The notes under the pieces: model-generated
What the model saw: the letters and a program-made list of their open reading frames with translations, nothing else
The model's database searches: none
Told to the model about the DNA's origin: nothing
Part shown: one piece after another, positions 1-7,508 of the stretch
Position numbering within the stretch: the stretch's first letter is position 1
Layout: the number at the start of each line of letters is the position of its first letter
Program-made: the position numbers and the translations under genes
Assembly: GCA_029560465.1 (NCBI GenBank)
Contig: JAKQKX010000016.1
Span: 206,221 to 270,220, forward strand
DNA: 64,000 nt
Direction of reading: 5' to 3'
Source: Candidatus Omnitrophota bacterium
Lineage (GTDB): Bacteria > Omnitrophota > Gorgyraeia > Zapsychrales > JANLHA01

Positions 1-2278
1 CGGCCCGTGGCAGTATGGTCAATGCGGCTATCCCGGGTATTATGACGACACTTATCTTGTGGATTTCCGGGAGCCGACCAATCCTCTTTGCAGCCCGATT
101 TTTGGGGACGTGTTCGGCCCGAATAAAGATGAATGCTGCAATTATCCGGAGCCGAGCGTGCAGTGCGGCGGCACGTGGGATGGCGTGGATTATCCCGAAA
201 CCACGTGTATTTATGGCGCAAGTAAACCGGCCAATCCTAATTGCCCGGATTGTTTTGGCGGGGTCGAAGAAATGTGCGATTACTGCTGCGACTATGAGGT
301 CACCAGCGCCCATTGCGGGGACGGCGTGACTTATCCGGTGACAACGCTGTTTGAGACGTTGACACCTGCTAATCCCAGCTGTGATGTTCTTGTTGACCAG
401 GCGACGCCTGACGGCTGCTGCGGATACGGGGGATTCACCCGGATTTGCGGTTATGACGGCCGTCCCCTGACAACGTCTGTCCAGGTTATGACGCCGACGC
501 AGAATTTCGCGGAATGCCCCACGGTCGTGCAGAATGAAATCGCGAATGACCCGTTCTGCTGTGGTTACGGCGGCTTCCAGGCACCGCAATGCGGATATTC
601 CGGCTGGTATCCGGGTCATACGCTGCTGGAAGTGAACGAACCGAGCAATGCGTACCCGGGGTGTGACCCGCTGTTTCAGAATGTCGTCCCGAATGAATAT
701 ACCTGTTGCGCTTATGGATCGGCGACATCGGCCTGCGGGGACGGCGTGACGTACCCGACGAGTTCCTGGGTTACCACCCAGATATCGGCCACGGGGTGCG
801 ACCCGATCGTGACCGAACAGGCGAATCATCAGAGCTGCTGCGATTACCCGGCGTCCCCGACGACGGAATGCGGGGCTTTGAGCTATCCTATCACGTATCT
901 GGTTTCTTATTTTGAGTCGCCCACCAATCCTACCTGCGCGGTGCAGATTGTGGGGGTCCCGGCTTTTGATGAGGTATGCTGCCAGTATGGATCCCTGCAG
1001 CAAAGCTGCGGGGACGGGGTTATGTTCCCGGTCACGGATTACGTGAGCTGGCAGGAACCGGGGATTGTCCATGCGTCCTGCCCGATCAAAGTGATCAGCC
1101 AGATTCACAATGATAACACTTGCTGCGGATACCCGCCGACGTATACCCTGATGTGCGGATACGCGCCTTTAGGGTATCCGGAAACAACCCGGGTGGAAAT
1201 TAAAGAGCCGACTTTGACCGAATGTCCAGTCAGGTCCCGGAATCCGTATCCGTACCACGACACGTGCTGTGAGTATACGACGAACTATTATTGTGGATAC
1301 GGGGCCCCTTTAAACGTTCCGGCTACGCATTATGTTGCGGTGAAGGAACCCGGCGGGGGCAAAAGCTGCCCGGTCGTTAAGGTGAGCCAGACGAATTACG
1401 CGGAAATTTGCTGCGGGTACACGACCGGCACAACCGAGGATTTGGGCTGTGGGGCCTCCTATGACGGGCTGACCTGCAACTATGACCGAAGGTTGATCGT
1501 GACCACTCCGGTTAACACTAATTGTCCTGTGCAGAAGACGTGTACGTATGCCGCCTCGTGCACGACATGTTCAGCTGGAGAAACGCTGGCCTGTCCTCCG
1601 GTCAACGGCTGCCCGTATCAGCGCGTGTGCGTGGGCGGTGTCTGGAGCGCTTGCCAGCAGGCCAACCCGGTCTGCACGCCAGGAGAAGTCGTGAATTGCG
1701 AGCCGAACCCTGACGGGTTTATTTCCAGGAAAACGTGTAATATTTGCGGAACAGGCTGGGGGCCGTGCTGGTGCGACCCGCAGGAAACCCAGATATGCAC
1801 GACGTCATCTTCGTGCCCGGGGATCGGGACCTGTTCCGGCGGGGGATGGACGGCTTGTGAGCAGAGCAATCCGACCTGCGGGCCCGGCAGCACCCGGGAC
1901 TGTACTCTGGGCGATGGGAACCCGGGAGTGGAAGAGTGCGTCTCCTGCGGGAATGCCTATGAGGCGTGCCGGTGCCTTCCTGGGGTGGTGTATTGTTATA
2001 TTGATGGTGTCTTAGGGACGCAGAGCTGTAATACCTCAACCGGCCTTTACGGGACATGCGTTTGTATCAGCGGATCAACAAAGACCTGTACGGCCGCGAC
2101 CGGTTGCACTTCGGGGGTCGTGTATTGTAACAATGCGACCGGCGCTTTTGACGGGGCGTGCGAGCTTCCTTATAGTGACTGTACCCCTGGCGCAACCCGT
2201 TCCTGTTTGAAATATTTTATCATCCCCGGGACGGAGTCGTGTACGGACTGCGGGAATTGGAGCGGCATTTGTTTGTAA
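1..2278 (+). CDS. Cysteine-rich tandem-repeat protein (5-prime partial; reading frame open to window edge)
   Basis: Frame 2 is open from nt 2 (GPWQYGQCGYPGYYDD...), so the tracked GTG at 59 is internal. There are about 10 copies of a ~50-55 aa unit: CC-x-Y-x(5-9)-CG-x(3-5)-YP ... P-x-NP-x-C. The C-terminal ~230 aa is a different Cys-dense module (CPPVNGCPYQRVC, CWCDPQ, CRCLPG). The protein has more than 85 Cys. Confidence 0.6.
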   Translation, partial: GPWQYGQCGYPGYYDDTYLVDFREPTNPLCSPIFGDVFGPNKDECCNYPEPSVQCGGTWDGVDYPETTCIYGASKPANPNCPDCFGGVEEMCDYCCDYEVTSAHCGDGVTYPVTTLFETLTPANPSCDVLVDQATPDGCCGYGGFTRICGYDGRPLTTSVQVMTPTQNFAECPTVVQNEIANDPFCCGYGGFQAPQCGYSGWYPGHTLLEVNEPSNAYPGCDPLFQNVVPNEYTCCAYGSATSACGDGVTYPTSSWVTTQISATGCDPIVTEQANHQSCCDYPASPTTECGALSYPITYLVSYFESPTNPTCAVQIVGVPAFDEVCCQYGSLQQSCGDGVMFPVTDYVSWQEPGIVHASCPIKVISQIHNDNTCCGYPPTYTLMCGYAPLGYPETTRVEIKEPTLTECPVRSRNPYPYHDTCCEYTTNYYCGYGAPLNVPATHYVAVKEPGGGKSCPVVKVSQTNYAEICCGYTTGTTEDLGCGASYDGLTCNYDRRLIVTTPVNTNCPVQKTCTYAASCTTCSAGETLACPPVNGCPYQRVCVGGVWSACQQANPVCTPGEVVNCEPNPDGFISRKTCNICGTGWGPCWCDPQETQICTTSSSCPGIGTCSGGGWTACEQSNPTCGPGSTRDCTLGDGNPGVEECVSCGNAYEACRCLPGVVYCYIDGVLGTQSCNTSTGLYGTCVCISGSTKTCTAATGCTSGVVYCNNATGAFDGACELPYSDCTPGATRSCLKYFIIPGTESCTDCGNWSGICL

Positions 2279-2295
2279 GTTGATGTGATCCTATT

Positions 2296-2358
2296 CATGC
2301 GCCCCGCGGCGTTCTCATCGTGTTGTCAGGCATCATCGCGGGGCGCATGAACTTTTTG
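2296..2358 (+). terminator. Rho-independent terminator-like hairpin after Cys-rich gene
   Basis: A perfect 13-bp inverted repeat, CATGCGCCCCGCG (2296-2308) / CGCGGGGCGCATG (2337-2349), is followed by the T-run aacTTTTTgggg. Confidence 0.5.
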
Positions 2359-2504
2359 GGGCCCAAGTGTATCCCCATCTTCCTTCAATATTATTATCCG
2401 GCCAGCAGTTTAATTCGTGTTTCTTTTCTTCCCCCTTGACTTTGGTGTATTACTGTATTATGCTTATAATACACATGGGTTCTGTGGATTTTGGAGAATA
2501 AATT

Positions 2505-2909
2505 ATGACAGAAGAGTCTAATTTTTATTTTCATATTGCGACAACATCCGGCGTCCCGATTTACCGGCAGATTATCGATCAGGTGAAAACACTAGCTGCT
2601 TTCGGCCGGGTCAGCCCCGGCGATTTCCTGCCTTCTGTGCGGCAGGTGGCCCAGGAACTTGAGATTAATCCGATGACGGTTTCTAAAGCGTATTCCTGGC
2701 TTGAGAAGGAGGGGGTCCTTGAATCTGTCCGGGGGCAGGGGATGCGGGTTAAAGAAGACAGGATTTCAAAAAAGGACATGAAAGAACGTAAAGACGCTCT
2801 GCTTCCTCTTTTAAAGCAGGTCGTTATCCAGGCCAGCCAACTATCTCTTGAGCCGGAGACGGTTATGGCTCTGCTCGAACGTTTATGGAAGGAGACTCCT
2901 CATGAATGA
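2505..2909 (+). CDS. GntR-family (YtrA-like short) transcriptional regulator
   Basis: N-terminal wHTH (IYRQIIDQVK...GDFLPSVRQVAQELEINPMTVSKAYSWLEKEGVL) with a short C-terminal tail. It is immediately upstream of an ABC transporter, as is typical for YtrA-type GntR regulators. Confidence 0.7.
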   Translation: MTEESNFYFHIATTSGVPIYRQIIDQVKTLAAFGRVSPGDFLPSVRQVAQELEINPMTVSKAYSWLEKEGVLESVRGQGMRVKEDRISKKDMKERKDALLPLLKQVVIQASQLSLEPETVMALLERLWKETPHE

Positions 2910-3780
2910 TCCCGTGATCCAGGCGCAGCGTGTCACCAAGCGGTATAAGGCCAAAACGATCCTCAATGATTTGTTTTTAGCGGTGCCCCGGGGCTCGGTG
3001 TTCGGGCTCTTGGGCAAGAACGGCGCCGGGAAGACAACACTCATCAAATGTGTGTTAGGGCTTGTGTATCCTCAGGACGGGCTGATATCGGTTTTGGGTG
3101 ATAACCCTAGGAATTTTCTGGAGAGGACCAAAGAACGGATCGGTTACGTCCCGCAGTCTGACCGGCCTTATCCCTGGCTGACTGTCCGGCAACTTGTCAC
3201 GTACACGGCATCTTTTTATCCGCTTTGGAATATGGCTTTGGTTGACAGGCTGTTGAAGGAATGGGAACTGGAGGAGGAGGACAAGGTCGGGCTTCTCTCC
3301 GAGGGGCAGGCACAGAAGCTTTCCATTATTCTCGCTCTGGGGCATGAGCCTGAATTGCTGATTTTTGATGAGCCGGTGGCGAGTTTGGACCCGGCGGCGC
3401 GGCGGAAGTTTTTGAAAACGATTTTAGACATTGTTGCGGACCGTGAATGCACGATATTCTTTTCCACGCATATTACGAGCGATTTGGAACGCGTGGCAGA
3501 CCGGGTTGCCCTGCTTAAAAACGGGACGATCGATTTCTGCGGAGAACTGGATGTCCTGAAAGATGAAGTAAAGCGTTTAAGGATTGTCTCTCCCGTCCCG
3601 TTGCCCCGGGATATTCCCGTAAACGGCGTCCTGCGCTGCGAGCTGTCTCAATATGAGGCGGTCCTGTCCGTGCGTGGGTTTCATGCCGGGATCAAATCTC
3701 AAATGGAGCAGCGCCTTAACGCCAGGATTGAAGTGGAAGACTTAAACCTGGAAGAAATATTCCTGGAGCTGCACGCATGA
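2902..3780 (+). CDS. ABC transporter ATP-binding protein
   Basis: Walker A GKNGAGKTT, signature LSEGQAQKL, Walker B LLIFDEP. The start is taken at internal ATG (MNDPVIQ), which overlaps the GntR stop. The tracked start at 2848 lies inside the GntR gene. Confidence 0.8.
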   Translation: MNDPVIQAQRVTKRYKAKTILNDLFLAVPRGSVFGLLGKNGAGKTTLIKCVLGLVYPQDGLISVLGDNPRNFLERTKERIGYVPQSDRPYPWLTVRQLVTYTASFYPLWNMALVDRLLKEWELEEEDKVGLLSEGQAQKLSIILALGHEPELLIFDEPVASLDPAARRKFLKTILDIVADRECTIFFSTHITSDLERVADRVALLKNGTIDFCGELDVLKDEVKRLRIVSPVPLPRDIPVNGVLRCELSQYEAVLSVRGFHAGIKSQMEQRLNARIEVEDLNLEEIFLELHA

Positions 3781-5165
3781 AAACCCGTTATTGTCAGATC
3801 GTCCTTCTTTATTTCCGGTACCTGCCTTACCGGATCCTGGCGCTGAGTCTTCTTGGGACGGCCCTGCTTTCAAGATTTTCCTTAGAACACAGACTTGTGG
3901 CCATCGCGGATGATTTCTTCACGTTTTTTGTCGTTGTCAGCGTGTGGCTGGCTTTTACCGCCGGAGTGCTTTTAAAACGGCAGATGGCCCAGCACCGGGC
4001 TTCGCTCCTGCCGCGCTACCGGCTCCCGCACATTATAGTCCCTTTCGGATTTTTCGCGTTTTTTCTCATCGTTTTTTGTTACTGGCTGGTCAGCCTCTAC
4101 CCGATCATTATTGTGAACCCGGGTGCGATTTGGTCGGTGTTTGTTTTATGCGCCCTTGTGATCTCAGTGGTCATATGGGTGGGTTACCTGTCGATTAACA
4201 TGCTTGTTTACCTGTCTTATTTCTCCATGCTTTTGGTCTCCTGGCAGGCGTATAACCTTGTTGTTTTTTTGACGGAACATACGGCCTGGCAATTTATCGT
4301 GGGTTGCGGGAGCGCCGTGTTGATGTTGGCCTTGGCCAGGAGGGGGATGTTTCTTAAAGAAGAATCCTTTGAGTACGGGTATATTATGATGTGGCCCCAA
4401 AAAGAGTTTTTGCATAATCAAATCAAAGCGGGCGAACTGTACACCCGCAGTGTGCGCGCTTTCCGGAAACGTTTTGGGATGCCAGCTGTGGTCCTAACGC
4501 TTCCGGGATATCCTCGGCGTGCTGCGCTTTGGCGCCGGGCGTTCCACTGGCACCGGATTGATTTTGCTGAATTAAAGGGCATATGGATGGCCTTGCTGGT
4601 CATGACACCGGTGTACCTCGCCAGCATCAGCCGACTGCCTCTCTGGCATGGATTTTTAAAAGACCCGTACAATAATTTCTTGTTGTATACTGTCGCCCCG
4701 GTTTTGCTTGTGCTGTGTGCGAACCACCGTAATATGACGACGTGGGGTTATGACGTGCTGAAGCCTGTCCGCAAGGGAGATTTTGTGCAGGAGCAGGGGG
4801 TGGCCCTGGTCGCAGGGCTGGGCTTTTATTGGTTCCTGTTCGTTTTTTACCTGGTTTTAACCCCGCACCTGGTCCTTAAGCCGGCTGAGTTGGCCCTGCC
4901 GCGCTTTTGGGGGTATCTTCTGTTGACGGGAAGTTTCGCGTTGTTGACGTTGTCCTGGGTTATTTTTATGAGCTGTTATTCATCGCGGCCGTGGTTTGTC
5001 ATTATCCACGGGGGTATCCTGTGCATGCTCGCCCAGCTGTTATTCATGGTCAGCGTACGCTTTTCCGGGATGATCAGCCTGGCAGTCAGCGTGGCCTGTT
5101 GGGTGGGCATATATGTATTTTTAAAGAGCGGTTATCGGAAATGGTGTGAAGCCGAATTCAACTAG
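3777..5165 (+). CDS. Polytopic membrane protein, putative permease partner of ABC ATPase
   Basis: ATGA overlap with the ATPase stop. It has more than 10 hydrophobic helices and no recognisable soluble domain. Confidence 0.45.
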   Translation: MKTRYCQIVLLYFRYLPYRILALSLLGTALLSRFSLEHRLVAIADDFFTFFVVVSVWLAFTAGVLLKRQMAQHRASLLPRYRLPHIIVPFGFFAFFLIVFCYWLVSLYPIIIVNPGAIWSVFVLCALVISVVIWVGYLSINMLVYLSYFSMLLVSWQAYNLVVFLTEHTAWQFIVGCGSAVLMLALARRGMFLKEESFEYGYIMMWPQKEFLHNQIKAGELYTRSVRAFRKRFGMPAVVLTLPGYPRRAALWRRAFHWHRIDFAELKGIWMALLVMTPVYLASISRLPLWHGFLKDPYNNFLLYTVAPVLLVLCANHRNMTTWGYDVLKPVRKGDFVQEQGVALVAGLGFYWFLFVFYLVLTPHLVLKPAELALPRFWGYLLLTGSFALLTLSWVIFMSCYSSRPWFVIIHGGILCMLAQLLFMVSVRFSGMISLAVSVACWVGIYVFLKSGYRKWCEAEFN

Positions 5166-5207
5166 GGCGGGCTTGAGGAAAAATTTAATGAGAAAGGAGG
5201 GGTTCCT

Positions 5208-5417
5208 ATGACACCGGAAGCCATTCGAAGTTTATGTAAAGCGGCTGCTTTGGTTTCGGCTGTGGCAGGCGCTTACGGCATGATGTTATGTGTGCCGTTC
5301 ATCGCCGGCACGCAGGTGGTTTTGATTGCCGCCGCCAGCTTGCCGTTTATCGCCGGAGCCGTCTTGGTAGCCGGAGGGTTGGTCAGTTACACGCTGCTCA
5401 TTCGCAAAGAAGCATAA
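5208..5417 (+). CDS. Small membrane protein (2 TM)
   Basis: 69 aa, mostly hydrophobic, with a GGAGG RBS upstream. Confidence 0.35.
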   Translation: MTPEAIRSLCKAAALVSAVAGAYGMMLCVPFIAGTQVVLIAAASLPFIAGAVLVAGGLVSYTLLIRKEA

Positions 5418-5516
5418 TGTTTTTCAACAGGCGGCCGCCTGGTTTTTTGAAGCGGATGACCCGTGAATAAGAATGGTTTTGGCGGGGGCTAACGGGGAGC
5501 CAGAAGGAGGGGGGCG

Positions 5517-6314
5517 TTGCCGAAGGTCCAGGAATATTTTAAACTTGCGATGCATTTAGCCGGCTCCGCAGCGTTCGGGTGCGTCGCGGCGATCGCTTGG
5601 CATGAAGCCGGCCACATTATTTTTATCCTGGGTTGCGGGGGAGAGGTGACGGGAATCCACGTGCAGCCTTTTACCCGGTCGGCGGTGACATATAACATCC
5701 CGGCCACTGCGTCGTCCTGGATTGCGGCCTCGGGTATTTTAGCGGGGGTAACGGGCGGGGCGGTCCTGTTGGTGCCCTTGAGGGCAACCCGGAATCCTTA
5801 TGCGCTGCCGCTGGTGATGGCGGGGGTCGCGTCCTGGCTCGGGAACGGCTTATATCTCGTTTTAGGGAGCACCATTTTGAAGGGGTTCGGTGATCCGGGC
5901 CGGATGATCGCGCAGGGTTTCCCGGTCGGCGGGCTTTTTACGGCGGGGGTTTGTTGTGTGGCCTTGGGCGGCCTGGCGTTTATGCGGTTCCTTCCCCTGA
6001 CGGGTATTTCCCCGGACATGGCCATTTTGCCGCGGACGGGGATATTGCTCGGCGGTGTTTTCCCTTACCTGGCCGGGATCATTATTTATAATGGCATTCA
6101 TGATTTCCCTCGGCTCATGCGTTATTGCGTTTTTATGGCGTGGATACTGGGCCTGGCCTTATTGGGGAGCTGGATGGCGGGGCATCCGGCGGCGCGCTTG
6201 TTTAGAGGCGCGTATCCTGTTTTATCTGTCCGTTGGCCTCATGCCTGGACAGCGGCCGGCCTTGGGATTGGCGTTATTGCTGCGGCGCTTTATGCGGCGG
6301 GCGCCGCTGTTTAA
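5517..6314 (+). CDS. Integral membrane protein with HExxH motif (putative intramembrane metalloprotease-like)
   Basis: TTG start preceded by AGGAGG. WHEAGH is embedded in a hydrophobic segment. It has multiple Gly-rich TM helices. Confidence 0.35.
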   Translation: MPKVQEYFKLAMHLAGSAAFGCVAAIAWHEAGHIIFILGCGGEVTGIHVQPFTRSAVTYNIPATASSWIAASGILAGVTGGAVLLVPLRATRNPYALPLVMAGVASWLGNGLYLVLGSTILKGFGDPGRMIAQGFPVGGLFTAGVCCVALGGLAFMRFLPLTGISPDMAILPRTGILLGGVFPYLAGIIIYNGIHDFPRLMRYCVFMAWILGLALLGSWMAGHPAARLFRGAYPVLSVRWPHAWTAAGLGIGVIAAALYAAGAAV

Positions 6315-6359
6315 GGCAGTGTTGGCAGGGATGCTCCCGGTTCAAGAAGGATACTTTTT

Positions 6360-7049
6360 ATGCACGCGTTTTTCTCTTTTATAGCGGCGGTGTTGCCCGC
6401 CTTACTTTTGGTGAGGTATTTTTACAAGGCCAACCCTGCGCCGAAAAGGTTTATTGTTAAGGTGTTTCTCCTCGGAGTTATCTATACACTGCCGGTTTAT
6501 ATCCTGGAAGTGATCCTGGCTCGGTATAATATGTTTCCCCGCTGGTCATTTGTCCTTTATTATTTCTTTGAAGCCTTTATCGTCGCAGGATTATGCGAGG
6601 AATATATCAAATTAAGGATTATTAAAAAATATGTTTACGGAACCGTTTTTTTTCAGGGGGAGCGGGACGGCATTATTTTTACTGTGGTGGCCAGCATGGG
6701 GTTTGCCTGCATGGAGAACATCCTTTATGTGGTCAATCATTCTTGGAATATGGCGCTGGCCCGGGGCTTCACGGCGGTGCCCATGCATGCCGTTTGCTCT
6801 GGGGTGATGGGCTATTCTTTGGGGAAGGCCAAGCGTTCTCAGATATTAAACCGCCTTGCGGAAGAAAAAAAATATATAAATCAAGGGTTGTGGGAGGCGA
6901 TTTTGATCCACGGGTGTTATGATTTTTTTCTTTTTTTATCGCCGATATTAGGGTCTGTTTTCGCGATGTTCACGATCCCGCTTGTTTTAGGATATTACCT
7001 GGAACTCAGGAATAAGATGAAAAGGATGGGGCCGGAGGCCCGAATATAA
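6360..7049 (+). CDS. PrsW-family intramembrane protease-like protein
   Basis: EE-x-x-K (GLCEEYIKLR), FACMENILY and two His-containing TM motifs (HAVCSG, LIHGCYDFFLF) match the PrsW/CPBP-type signature. It has ~6 TM. Confidence 0.5.
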   Translation: MHAFFSFIAAVLPALLLVRYFYKANPAPKRFIVKVFLLGVIYTLPVYILEVILARYNMFPRWSFVLYYFFEAFIVAGLCEEYIKLRIIKKYVYGTVFFQGERDGIIFTVVASMGFACMENILYVVNHSWNMALARGFTAVPMHAVCSGVMGYSLGKAKRSQILNRLAEEKKYINQGLWEAILIHGCYDFFLFLSPILGSVFAMFTIPLVLGYYLELRNKMKRMGPEARI

Positions 7050-7064
7050 ATAAAGGAAGGTTGT

Positions 7065-7508
7065 TTGACAAATTTTATCTACAACTTGTTCGCTTACCCA
7101 TCGGCCTGGCTGACCGCTGTGTTTCATGACGCCGCGATTGCCTCCGCTAACGGGGGGGAGCTCTGGATCCTGCTCGTTCCCCGCCCGATTCATGTGACGC
7201 CGGAGTGCTGCGGGTTCAATTTTTTCGTTTTGCTCGGTGGTTATACGCTGTTGTTTATTTTACGCCGTTACCCTAGGCCCTGCGCCGGGCCTGCAGTTCT
7301 GCTGGCGCTTCCCGTGGTCTATGTGACAACCATTTGCGCCAACGCCGTACGGATGACATGTGCGTATCATGTGGCCTGTTTAAGCCGGACGCTGTTCCCC
7401 GCGTGTTTTCAGCCGGTGATTCACATGGCGGTGGGGATCGCCGTTTTTTTAAGTGCCCTTATCTTGAGCCATTTATTGATCGAAAGGATCGGCCTCTATG
7501 GAAAATGA
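7065..7508 (+). CDS. Minimal exosortase/archaeosortase-family protein (XrtN-like)
   Basis: TTG start with AAGGAAGG RBS. Candidate catalytic Cys (PECCGFNFF), Asn-x-x-Arg motif (ICANAVRMT) ~50 aa downstream, and a following His (AYHVAC). It has 4-5 TM and is only 147 aa. Confidence 0.45.
   Translation: MTNFIYNLFAYPSAWLTAVFHDAAIASANGGELWILLVPRPIHVTPECCGFNFFVLLGGYTLLFILRRYPRPCAGPAVLLALPVVYVTTICANAVRMTCAYHVACLSRTLFPACFQPVIHMAVGIAVFLSALILSHLLIERIGLYGK

Noticed and set aside
15-329. 104-aa ORF overlapping the start of the Cys-rich gene in another frame
   Set aside because: The Cys-rich frame is open to the window edge and shows clear repeat structure. This ORF has no RBS or features and is a frame artefact.
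2848-2901. N-terminal extensions of tracked ORFs (2848, 13627, 17260, 48413, 57075) as true starts
   Set aside because: Each extension overlaps the upstream gene or a promoter. Each lacks an RBS, and an internal ATG with a good RBS and sensible N-terminus exists.
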